From NCBI GenBank assembly GCA_037444665.1, contig JBBILZ010000008.1, positions 1-54,578 of the forward strand: 54,578 bases of DNA, written 5' to 3'. Origin of the DNA: a candidate division WOR-3 bacterium. GTDB lineage: Bacteria; Hydrothermota; Tepidihabitantia; SM23-42; JAOAFX01. Of this stretch, positions 1-9,084 are shown in pieces. How positions within the stretch are numbered: position 1 is the first letter of the stretch; every line of letters starts with the position of its first letter. Both the position numbers and the translations under genes were made by a program. The notes beneath the pieces are model-generated. The model did no database searches and was not told the origin of the DNA. It saw only the letters and a program-made list of their open reading frames with translations.

Positions 1-1
1 T

Positions 2-319
2 TTGACGCCGGAGCAGAAGGCAAAGATTGAGGATATAAACATAAATACAAGAAAGACTATTATTCCGCTCAGGTCTCAAATAGAGCTCAGGCAGATTGAT
101 ATGGAAAAAGAGATGAAGGCAGAAAAACCGAACAAGGATAAGATTCTAAAGATTGCCCAGGAGATTCACGAACTTGAATGGCAGATTAAAAAGGCAGACC
201 TTGAACAAAAGGTCTCAATTGCACCATTGTTGACTCCGGAACAGCGGGAGAAGATGAAGATGATGCATGGAAAAAAGATGATGAAAAGGATTGAAATCAA
301 GCGAGAAATTAAAGACTGA
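2..319 (+). CDS. Spy/CpxP-family periplasmic protein (5'-partial)
   Basis: LTPEQ repeats at both ends; helical, charged; runs off window start. Confidence 0.7.
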   Translation: MTPEQKAKIEDININTRKTIIPLRSQIELRQIDMEKEMKAEKPNKDKILKIAQEIHELEWQIKKADLEQKVSIAPLLTPEQREKMKMMHGKKMMKRIEIKREIKD

Positions 320-336
320 TTTATTAATTTTTACAG

Positions 337-381
337 GGGGTGCAATATTTTATATTTTTTAAAGAAGTTGCACCCCTTTTA
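337..381. terminator. Probable bidirectional intrinsic terminator between convergent genes
   Basis: GGGGTGCAA (337-345) / TTGCACCCC (368-376) stem with long AT loop, followed by T-run. Confidence 0.55.
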
Positions 382-407
382 TTTTGAATGGATTCGCATA
401 TTTTCTA

Positions 408-1766
408 TTATTCTAATTTGTAAATGGAAAAATAATATGGTGTATCCTCATAATAGATTTCTTTTTTTGCAGAGAAATTTTCCAAAAATTTAAGAAATAA
501 GTTTTTGATTTCTCCTCTACGAGCAAGACAGGCAAAATAGATTTTTTTATTATTTGCAGGAATATTTACGGAAGATATTTTTCCTTCAGATTCAAACGCA
601 AGCCAATGAATTGGTTTCACAAATGGATTGAGCAGTTCATAAATATCTTTATTACAGATAATTAAATCGGCATTTTCTGTATATTTGTATAATTTATTTT
701 GATAATCCAGTTGTTGTTTGAGAAATAGTTGATGTTTATAGTGTATTACTGTGCTCAGTATTATTAAAATAATAAAACAAATGGGGAGGAATCTTTTTAA
801 ATATCTTATTCTGTCCAAAACTTCAATATAAGGGACAAGCAAGAATGGGATGATGGGTAACGTATATCTTTGTCCGCGAATTATACTTTCATAAAAATAT
901 TTTCCTGTATCAATATAATACTGTAGGGAAAAAAAGAGCAAAAATATGATGGCGGGTGCAATAAATAAATATTTTTCTTTTAATTTGCTCATAAACGGAA
1001 TAATTAATAATAAAGGGTAGAGAATATTTAAGAAAATTAAAAATTGTCCTAATATTGGAGGCAGGTTTGTTGTTGAAATTCCTATTATATTTTCATTGAT
1101 AGGTCCGATAATTGCTCCAAAACAGTATAAATGATAGAGTAATAAAGGAATAATTCCAATAAAAATACCAATTGTGAATCTAAAAAAATCACCGAATTCC
1201 TTTTTGTAAAGAAAGATTAATCCCAGGGTAGCAGGGATGATTATGACTGGATAACGGATGGCAACACCCGCTCCAAAAAAGAGTCCAGAGAACAATATTC
1301 TTTTTTTTACAAGAAAGAGTAAGCCCGCAAGACAGAAGACTGTTGCAGGGATGTCACTCATAATAGTTCGGCTATACAGAACTAAAGACGGATGGAACAG
1401 AAATAACAGGGCATAATAGAGAGGTAATTGGAAATGTTTAAGAATTATAATGAAGATTATATATCCTGATATCATTAAAATATAATTTCTAATAAATGAC
1501 CATTTCCAGTTTATTTTTGTAAAAGGAACAAGTAAAATACTATTGCCTGGTGGATAACGGGAAATAAGATGGCCATTGACCACTACTGAAGCGGGTGCCG
1601 ATTCAATACCTGCCTCTTCATAAAAGCAATATCCATTCTGAAATGTATATGCCATTGAAAGGTAGGCAGTTTCATCAACTATGCTCGTATTTAACGGATA
1701 AAAATAAAAATATGTTAATGAAAAACAAAAAAAGCCAATCAAGATTACAATCTTTTCGCGTAGCAC
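408..1766 (-). CDS. GT-C fold multi-pass membrane glycosyltransferase (PMT/ArnT/GT39-like)
   Basis: DE motif after TM1 (IVDETAYLSMA), SRYPPG, YSRTIMSD, about 11 hydrophobic segments; GTG start. Confidence 0.7.
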   Translation of the reverse strand: MLREKIVILIGFFCFSLTYFYFYPLNTSIVDETAYLSMAYTFQNGYCFYEEAGIESAPASVVVNGHLISRYPPGNSILLVPFTKINWKWSFIRNYILMISGYIIFIIILKHFQLPLYYALLFLFHPSLVLYSRTIMSDIPATVFCLAGLLFLVKKRILFSGLFFGAGVAIRYPVIIIPATLGLIFLYKKEFGDFFRFTIGIFIGIIPLLLYHLYCFGAIIGPINENIIGISTTNLPPILGQFLIFLNILYPLLLIIPFMSKLKEKYLFIAPAIIFLLFFSLQYYIDTGKYFYESIIRGQRYTLPIIPFLLVPYIEVLDRIRYLKRFLPICFIILIILSTVIHYKHQLFLKQQLDYQNKLYKYTENADLIICNKDIYELLNPFVKPIHWLAFESEGKISSVNIPANNKKIYFACLARRGEIKNLFLKFLENFSAKKEIYYEDTPYYFSIYKLE

Positions 1767-1771
1767 AAATT

Positions 1772-1831
1772 AGTATATGCTGATTTAATTCAGTGTCAAG
1801 TGGTTGACTTTTGTCAGCAATTGGATAGAAT
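1772..1831. promoter_or_regulatory. Divergent sigma70-type promoters (GT-C gene on -, hutH-like on +)
   Basis: Minus: TTGACA(1799-1794)-16-TATACT; plus: TTGACT(1804-1809)-16-TAGAAT. Confidence 0.65.
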
Positions 1832-1837
1832 AAAAAA

Positions 1838-1989
1838 GTAATAGGTTAGCCATTCTAAAAACGGAGATTAAATCAATGTAGTTGCCCAATTTCCCGAAGG
1901 GACTCTCGTCCCATCAGGACCGAGCATTGTGCTCTTTTCGGTGCTTGATAAATCAAGCAACTACAATTTCAGGGTGGTTAAACTATTAC
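1838..1989. mobile_element. MITE-like element, family A copy 1, containing an inverted REP pair
   Basis: Imperfect TIRs GTAATAGGTTAGCCATTCT / AGGGTGGTTAAACTATTAC; 8-bp direct repeat ATAAAAAA at 1830-1837 and 1990-1997; homologous to 12272-12456. Confidence 0.7.
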
Positions 1990-2008
1990 ATAAAAAAGGA
2001 GTTTTTCT

Positions 2009-3532
2009 ATGGCAATTGTTCTTGATGGAAAGAATTTAACAATTGAAAAACTTGTAGCGATTGCCCGATATAATGAAAAGGTTGAACTTGCACCTGACTC
2101 TCTTGAAGAGATAAAAAAATGTCGGGCAATGCTTGAAAAGAAATTAAAAGCAAAGGAGATTATGTATGGGACAAACACCGGCATCGGTGAGTTGTCCGAA
2201 GTTGTGCTTTCTGATGAGCAGGTTGAGCAATTTCAGAGATATTTAATTTACAATCATGCAGCGGGCATTGGTGAACCTACACCGATTGAGTATGTGCGGG
2301 CGGCAATGGCGAGCAGGATAAATGTCCATGCCAAAGGCAGGTCTGCGTGTCGGCCTGAAATCACCTTGACCCTGATAGAGATGCTCAATAAGGGGGTAAC
2401 ACCAGTAGTGTGCCAGAAGGGTTCTGTTGGTGCGTGTGGTGACCTTGCGCCGATGTCACAGATCGCACTATTGATGTTAGGAGAAGGAGAGGCGTATTAT
2501 CAGGGTGAGCGTTTACCCGGTAAGGTTGCAATGGAGCGGGCAGGGATTCCTATCCCGGGTTTGAAAGCACGCGATGGACTGGCAGTAATAAATGGTTCTA
2601 ATCTGTTGACTGCAATGAGTGCACTCCATCTATATGATATCAATCGCTGGCTCAAACAATCTGAGATTGCCTGCGCAATGACCCTGGAGGCATTAATCGC
2701 AAATATGAAACCTTATGATGTGAGGTTACATGAGGCGCGCGGTTTTTCCGGCGCAATTCGTTCGGCAAAGGCAATTATGAAATGTATTGAAGGTAGTGAC
2801 CTTTTGACTGGAAAGTATAAAACCAAGGTGCAGGATGCATATTCAATGCGTTCATCACCACAGGTCATTGGTGCGGCTCATGATGCAGTGCGCTGGGCAA
2901 GAGAACAGGTAGAGATTGAATTGAATGGTGTTGGCGATAATCCGATATTTATGTCCGAATATAATTTGACTTTAACTGGAGCCAATTTTCAGGGTTCTCC
3001 GGTTTCATTACCTATGGATATGGTGGGTGCAGCGGTCACAATGGTATGTGTTCTTTCGGAAAGGAGATTGAATCGTTTGACCAATTCTAATCTGAGTGTT
3101 GGGCTACCCGCATTTTTGACGAAGAATCCCGGGATATTCTCTGGTTTTATGCTCAGCCAATATTCAGCAGATATGTTAATTGTTGAACAGAGAATATTAT
3201 CTATGCCCGCTTCAATTCAATCAATTCCCGCTGCTGCTGACCAGGAAGATTTTGTATCAATGGGGATGAATACGGCAATAAAAAATGGGCAGATACTTGA
3301 CAATGCCTATGGCATACTGGGAATAGAATTTATGGCGGCAGCACAGGCACTGGATTTTCGTGAATTCAATCCGGGCAGAGGTGTGAATGTGGCAAGAGAG
3401 GTTATCAGAAAATATGTGCCCCATCTTGATGAGGATAGGCCTTTGTATCCTGACCATAATAAGATGAAAGAATTGGTGAAATCCTGCGAAATACTTGAAA
3501 GAGTGGAAAAAGCAGTGGGTAGTCTTGGATAA
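2009..3532 (+). CDS. hutH: Histidine/aromatic amino acid ammonia-lyase (MIO family)
   Basis: YGTNTGIG, GSVGACGDLAP (MIO loop), LAVINGS, VQDAYSMR, DNP, QEDFVSMG. Confidence 0.85.
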   Translation: MAIVLDGKNLTIEKLVAIARYNEKVELAPDSLEEIKKCRAMLEKKLKAKEIMYGTNTGIGELSEVVLSDEQVEQFQRYLIYNHAAGIGEPTPIEYVRAAMASRINVHAKGRSACRPEITLTLIEMLNKGVTPVVCQKGSVGACGDLAPMSQIALLMLGEGEAYYQGERLPGKVAMERAGIPIPGLKARDGLAVINGSNLLTAMSALHLYDINRWLKQSEIACAMTLEALIANMKPYDVRLHEARGFSGAIRSAKAIMKCIEGSDLLTGKYKTKVQDAYSMRSSPQVIGAAHDAVRWAREQVEIELNGVGDNPIFMSEYNLTLTGANFQGSPVSLPMDMVGAAVTMVCVLSERRLNRLTNSNLSVGLPAFLTKNPGIFSGFMLSQYSADMLIVEQRILSMPASIQSIPAAADQEDFVSMGMNTAIKNGQILDNAYGILGIEFMAAAQALDFREFNPGRGVNVAREVIRKYVPHLDEDRPLYPDHNKMKELVKSCEILERVEKAVGSLG

Positions 3533-4225
3533 TTATTTATAATAGTTGAGAGAAATCTCTCCGTTTTCTAATTTTACATAAGAAAAGTTGTTCACCCAAT
3601 CACCGGTGTTAATGTAGTATTTATTGTTTGAATACTTTTTTATGATCGGGATATGGGAATGGGCAAGGATGACAACATCAAAGTTTTTAAGTTTTTCCTG
3701 CGCATACTTTTCTAACATATTATTTAACTGCTGACTGCGGGGTTGTTGCCGCGAGAGATGAGCGATTCCTTGGGCAAGGAATACGCCAATATCTGGATGA
3801 ACAACACTATATAATTTATGATTGATTTTAGAGGTTAATATATTTTCCCATAACACAGTCCAGAATCTGCGGTCAATCTTATTACCATGAGCAATAAAAA
3901 ATTTTTTTCTGTCCAGTTCAATAACCAGTTCATTACGATGGATAGTAAAACCAATTTTTTGCAGGAAGTCCCCGATTACTACTTCATGATTACCCAGAAT
4001 ATAGTATAACTTTTTTCCCTGCTCGTGGAGGTTATAAAATGTGGCAAGGACCTTGAAGTAATCCTTTGGAATAGAAATGTTATATTCAAACCAAAACTCA
4101 AACATATCACCAACAACAAAGATGTTATCTAATTTATTTTTTATTTCATTTAAAAATTTTATTAATAATTTTGCACGGTAACTCTCATCTTTACGAATAT
4201 GGGCATCGCTTAAAAAGATATGCAT
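3533..4225 (-). CDS. lpxH: UDP-2,3-diacylglucosamine diphosphatase (metallophosphoesterase)
   Basis: FLSDAH, GDMFEFWFEY, GNHE, AHG, AHSH, YINTGDW. Confidence 0.8.
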   Translation of the reverse strand: MHIFLSDAHIRKDESYRAKLLIKFLNEIKNKLDNIFVVGDMFEFWFEYNISIPKDYFKVLATFYNLHEQGKKLYYILGNHEVVIGDFLQKIGFTIHRNELVIELDRKKFFIAHGNKIDRRFWTVLWENILTSKINHKLYSVVHPDIGVFLAQGIAHLSRQQPRSQQLNNMLEKYAQEKLKNFDVVILAHSHIPIIKKYSNNKYYINTGDWVNNFSYVKLENGEISLNYYK

Positions 4226-4309
4226 AAAATAATTTATTCAGACTTTTAATGAAGTCAATATTTTAAAGCAAGTTATTGACTGAACATAAATAATATATAA
4301 ACTCATTAT

Positions 4310-5796
4310 ATGAATGGAATTTATCTCTCTCTTCTATTGAAAGAGATAGAACCAATGATTGTCAATAAATTTATCCATCGGGTTGGAATAAAAGAAAGGT
4401 TGGTACAGATTGAATTTGATGGAGATTCTTTATACATCTCCCTTTATCCAGAGGCATTGGGCTTATATGTCAATGGAGTATTAAAAGGTTTTGAAAAACT
4501 AACTTATTTTGATGAGCACCTTTCTGGTGGTAGAATCGTTATGGCTAAGCAGATGAATTCCGGGCCGGTATTAGATTTAATTAACGAGAAAATTGTTTAT
4601 GGTCAAAAAAAGATATTTAACTTGAGGCTATCCTTTTATAAAGAAGCACCAAATTTAACTATTATATCTGATGAATTTTCAAGGCATCTATTTGCCCGAT
4701 ATGTAGAGAAAAAGCCTAAACCTGTAATATTAAATGCTACACCTGAAGAGTTGCTGGATAAAGAATATTTAATTAAGAATTTTGAGGGCATTGATAAAAA
4801 TTTGGCCCGGGAATTGAATAGAGACAATTTAGAAGAACTAAAATTGATTTTAAACGGTAAGAAATGTAAGCCGAAGATTGTTTCAATCGTGCCACTAAGG
4901 TTCAGCCTTTTTGCCGAGAAATATATAAGCGAATATAGCTCCTGGAATAAGATATTTGCTGATGGTATCAAAGATTATTTAAGGCAGAAAGAGAAAAATA
5001 ATTTGTTGAAAAAAAGGCGTGCATTTATTAAAAACCTTGAGAAGACGATTGAACAATTGGAAAAAAAGAAAGGCGATAAAGAATTTATGGAATACAACAG
5101 GATTGCCGGTACAACAGGATTGCCGGTGAGTTGTTGATTTCCAATCTTTCAAAAATAGAAAAAGGTTCGGAAAGTGTGGTATTGATTAATCCTTATACCC
5201 AACAGGAGATAGAGATTAAACTTGACCCATCAAAAAGCCCACGGGAAAATGCTGGAGAATATTTTAAGAAATATAAAAAATTGAAGCGTGGTCTGCCCAG
5301 GATTGAGGAACAGATTAGAAAATTAAAAAAACAGATTGAGTCATTGAAAGATGATGAAGGTGTTGTCAGAGATATTTCCAAAGTATCTGCAGATGTCAAA
5401 ACCACAGAAAAGAAAGCAGTACCATTCAGGAAATTTATACTTCCGAGCGGTTCTATTGTATATGTAGGAAAGGATGCCAGGTCAAATATGGAACTTACTT
5501 TCAAGTTTGCCCGTCCTGACGATTATTTTTTTCATATTCGTGGCATTGAGGGTGCGCATACAATCTTAAGACCCCTGATGCAGAAAGGACAGAATATCAG
5601 GAAGGATGATATTGAAAAAGCAGGGGCAATTGCGGCCTATTTCAGCAAGGCAAAGAAACAAAAAAATGTGCCGGTTTCATATACCCAGAGAAAATATCTG
5701 AAAAAAAGCAAAAAAGGGAAACTGGGTACAGTAGTCTTAATGCGGGAGAGCGTTATATTTGTTGACCCTAATTTACCGCCGGATACCGAGGAATGA
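4310..5796 (+). pseudogene. rqcH: NFACT/RqcH (FbpA) family protein, frameshifted by a 17-bp tandem duplication (possible assembly error)
   Basis: LDPSKSPRENAGEYFKKYKK, VGKDARSN, FFHIRGIEGAH (NFACT-R); removing one ACAACAGGATTGCCGGT (5094-5127) joins the ORFs as ...YNRIAGELLISNL. Confidence 0.8.
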
Positions 5797-6852
5797 TATT
5801 AATCCTAAAATTGTAAAAACAATATTGGGCAACCAGGCAGCGAGCACCGGGTCAATAACACCGGCATAGCCATAAGCCCGGCAGGATTGAATAAATCCCC
5901 AGTAGATAAATGCAAAAATAATACTGAGACCCAATCCAATTGCAATCCCACCACGACGTAGAACCAATGATATTGGTAGACATATAAAAAGAAGGATCAG
6001 TGTTATCAATGGGAATGAAAACCGATAATTTAATTCTACATTCTCTTTTGCTACATCTTCACCAGCACGGAGCCGTTTTTTTACAAACTGGGAGAGTTCC
6101 ATAAAATTCATCTCTTCAACTGGTTTTGGTAATCGGGAAAAGTCAACTGGTTTTTCCTTTAATTCAGGTAAGTTCAGGCTGGAGTGGTAGTTCATTTTTT
6201 CGTTATCCAGTGTGTCAAATTCACGAACCGTCGCATTGGTAAATTGCCAGTAGCCAATAAATTTTCCGCTCTGGGCATCTATTCGTTTTATTATACGTCG
6301 TTTTGAATCAATGTGCCAGAGCGAAATGTTGTTTATTGTAGAGTCTTTTGGATTATATTCTTTAATATAATAAATCCAGTTATTCTCACCATAATAGAAA
6401 AAATTACGCCTTTTGGATTCGGACGGTAATGGTCTTCGGTCAATCTTTGTTGTTTTATGCCTGTTCAATTTTCCCTGTGCCCATACCACGGCTGTCTCCT
6501 GAAAACAAAATGTTAAAATTGAGATGAAGACACCAGTAGCCATAATCAAAAAAATCAGGTGATTTATGTCCATACCCTGTGCCTTCAAAGCGAGTAATTC
6601 GCGGTATTTTGTCATATAGCCAAAGATAAAAAATACACCAATAATTGCTGCAACGGGTACGAGCAGAACCGTGTAAGAGGGAATAAGATATAAGTAGTAT
6701 ATTAATATATCTTTGAAAGGAATATTTCTGGATAGATACCTTCCGAGATTGTCAAAGAGATTTATGATAATATAGATAAAAATGAGAATCAATAATGCAA
6801 TGAACAGATAACGAAGGAAATTGCTGAGCACATAGCGGTAAATTTTTTTCAT
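5773..6852 (-). CDS. lptG: LPS export ABC permease, LptG-like
   Basis: LptF/G pattern (ELLALKAQG, RFSFPL, LAAWLPNI); likely start MKKIYRY at 6852, ATGA overlap with lptF stop. Confidence 0.8.
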   Translation of the reverse strand: MKKIYRYVLSNFLRYLFIALLILIFIYIIINLFDNLGRYLSRNIPFKDILIYYLYLIPSYTVLLVPVAAIIGVFFIFGYMTKYRELLALKAQGMDINHLIFLIMATGVFISILTFCFQETAVVWAQGKLNRHKTTKIDRRPLPSESKRRNFFYYGENNWIYYIKEYNPKDSTINNISLWHIDSKRRIIKRIDAQSGKFIGYWQFTNATVREFDTLDNEKMNYHSSLNLPELKEKPVDFSRLPKPVEEMNFMELSQFVKKRLRAGEDVAKENVELNYRFSFPLITLILLFICLPISLVLRRGGIAIGLGLSIIFAFIYWGFIQSCRAYGYAGVIDPVLAAWLPNIVFTILGLISFLGIRR

Positions 6853-8105
6853 ATGGACTTTTTCTTTCTTCTGAAAAATGGCAGGTGTTCGTACTCGGCA
6901 AGATAGAATAGTATTAATCCAGGAATGATCAGGATAAGATTGGGCAGCCACATTGCCCAGAATGGAGAGAAATTTCTGCGTGTGGCAAATTCCTCTCCGG
7001 TTAAGATTAGAATATAATAACCAGAAAATAATAGTATGCCGAGCAGTAATCCTGCAATCCCACCTTTTTTAAAAAGATATCCAAGCGGAGCGCCAATTAT
7101 CAAGAATACAAAACAGGCAAAGGCAAGAGAAAATTTTTTGTTCAATTCAATGAGGTAGCGGGTCTGATTCTGTATTTTACCCTTAATGACTGATAATTTT
7201 TGCTCAATCTGAAAGCGGATGGTTTGGGTTTTGCTGAGCTCACCAGAGGTATATTTGTTGATTGCATTATAGCCTGTTTCGTCAATCTCATTTTTTATTT
7301 TCTGTATCTCAGCAGAGATGGTCTTTATATTTTTTATGAGTTGGGAAAGATTTAATTCATCATCACTCCGCACATTTCGTTCTTTCCTCACGAATTCAGA
7401 GTTGACTGGAATATTTATTACCTGCGTGGTAAATCGTGTTTTTTGATATTTTGTATTGTCTATTAACTGATGAATTTCTCCATCAAAGAGAACAAATTGC
7501 ATAATATCTTCTACTTCAATGGAGCGTAATGTACCGGAAGGGGCAGTTATGATTGCATTATTTCTTAAATCATATATTGTGACATCAAAGACCTCTCCTG
7601 TTTTTTCTATCTTTTTAGCAATGTAGATAGTATATCCTGGAAATTCGTTGGTGAATACACCATCAGGCAGACGAATTGCGGGCTTTTTACGGGCGATGTC
7701 ATACATCAAATTTCTGCCTCTATGGTTTGCCTCGGGCAAAAAATAATTGTTAAAAATGATAAGGCAAGCCATAATGATTGTTACTAATACTGCAGGAGTT
7801 CTCATCATTTTCAAAAACGATACACCACTGGTTTTGAGCGCAAGTATTTCATTATCGTGACTGAACCTACCAAAACTCATTACAATAGCGATTAGTATTG
7901 CCATAGGCGTAGTATAAGAAATTATTATCGGAAGGTTGTATATAAGAATCTGCCCGACAATTAAAAGAGATATACCCTTGCGCACAAACAGATCTATGAG
8001 TCGGAAAAGTTGGTCCATTAAAAGTATGAATGTAAGGGCAAAGAGAGAAAAAAAGAACGGTGGAATAAATTCCTTGATAAAATAGCGGTCAATCAATCGG
8101 TTCAT
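6849..8105 (-). CDS. lptF: LPS export ABC permease, LptF-like
   Basis: IDRYFIKEFIPPF, DNEILALKTSG, KKFSLAFAC, AMWLPNL. Confidence 0.85.
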   Translation of the reverse strand: MNRLIDRYFIKEFIPPFFFSLFALTFILLMDQLFRLIDLFVRKGISLLIVGQILIYNLPIIISYTTPMAILIAIVMSFGRFSHDNEILALKTSGVSFLKMMRTPAVLVTIIMACLIIFNNYFLPEANHRGRNLMYDIARKKPAIRLPDGVFTNEFPGYTIYIAKKIEKTGEVFDVTIYDLRNNAIITAPSGTLRSIEVEDIMQFVLFDGEIHQLIDNTKYQKTRFTTQVINIPVNSEFVRKERNVRSDDELNLSQLIKNIKTISAEIQKIKNEIDETGYNAINKYTSGELSKTQTIRFQIEQKLSVIKGKIQNQTRYLIELNKKFSLAFACFVFLIIGAPLGYLFKKGGIAGLLLGILLFSGYYILILTGEEFATRRNFSPFWAMWLPNLILIIPGLILFYLAEYEHLPFFRRKKKSI

Positions 8106-8860
8106 TTGAGGTATCCTTTATTTTTTAATTCATTTATCGCCCTTAATGCCTGACTCAATGATGCATATGCTCCTGGATTGATGTTTTCATCTAATTTAAG
8201 AATACCCAGAGAAACAAGTCTAAAATAAGGTAAAAACAGATAAGAATCTGACTTGATATTTTTTGTTGAGTAATCAAACCGGATTTGCATCAGAGGTAGA
8301 AAACTATCAAGTAGCAGGATAAGATGGTTCACACGCAGTGTATCGTTATCGTAAAATTTACCATCAGGCGCATGTTTTAAAAATCCTTTTCTTACAGCAT
8401 AATTTATTGGGTCATCAACCCGAACATTGGTCGTGGCACCGGTGAAGAGTTCAGCACATAGTTTTTGTGTTAATGGATACATTTGGTCAATTTTCTGTAA
8501 CACAGGAAATGGGAGTGTCATTAATAACTGGTAATTTTTGTAATAAAGTTTTTGTTGACGATAATAATTAAAAAGGTTAATATAGATCTGGTCATTAGGA
8601 TTCTTCCTTCTGGCGAGTTCTTCAAGAATCTTGATACTGGTTTCAATGTCTCCGATTTTGTTATAGCAATTATATAGATAAAAAAGAGTTGAATCACCTG
8701 ATGGAGATTTTTTATAAAAACCATTGAAGTATTTTATTGCCTGTTGAAAATCATTTTTTTTGTAACTTTCAGTTCCTTTTTTGTATAAATTTGGTTTAGG
8801 AAAAAATGCACAAGATAAGATTGTTATGAGCAGAATAGAATATTTTGACCAGTGGGGCAT
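8102..8860 (-). CDS. TPR-containing lipoprotein
   Basis: Lipobox ILSC, TPR-like helices, SLH-like C-terminal segments. Confidence 0.6.
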   Translation of the reverse strand: MPHWSKYSILLITILSCAFFPKPNLYKKGTESYKKNDFQQAIKYFNGFYKKSPSGDSTLFYLYNCYNKIGDIETSIKILEELARRKNPNDQIYINLFNYYRQQKLYYKNYQLLMTLPFPVLQKIDQMYPLTQKLCAELFTGATTNVRVDDPINYAVRKGFLKHAPDGKFYDNDTLRVNHLILLLDSFLPLMQIRFDYSTKNIKSDSYLFLPYFRLVSLGILKLDENINPGAYASLSQALRAINELKNKGYLK

Positions 8861-8904
8861 CGTTAAAAGATGTTGGATGGAAATCTACAAAAATTACAGA
8901 ATAG

Positions 8905-8976
8905 AGCGGGCGACGGGATTTGAACCCGCGACCCTCGGCTTGGGAAGCCGATGCTCCACCGCTGAGCTACACCCGC
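8905..8976 (-). tRNA. tRNA-Gly(CCC), CCA not encoded
   Basis: GCGGGTGTAGCTCAGCGGTGGAGCATCGGCTTCCCAAGCCGAGGGTCGCGGGTTCAAATCCCGTCGCCCGCT; cloverleaf, CCC anticodon. Confidence 0.95.
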
Positions 8977-9004
8977 AATTAGAGTCGGATTCAACATCTT
9001 TAAA

Positions 9005-9063
9005 ATTATATTTAAAAACATCTTTATGTCAAGGCTTGACAGAGAATGTTTTTTGCATAAAAT
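9005..9063. promoter_or_regulatory. Back-to-back sigma70 promoters for tRNA-Gly (-) and TonB receptor (+)
   Basis: Minus TTGACA(9032-9027)-16-TATAAT; plus TTGACA(9036-9041)-16-TAAAAT. Confidence 0.7.
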
Positions 9064-9084
9064 TAAAATAGCAAGGAGGTCAAG

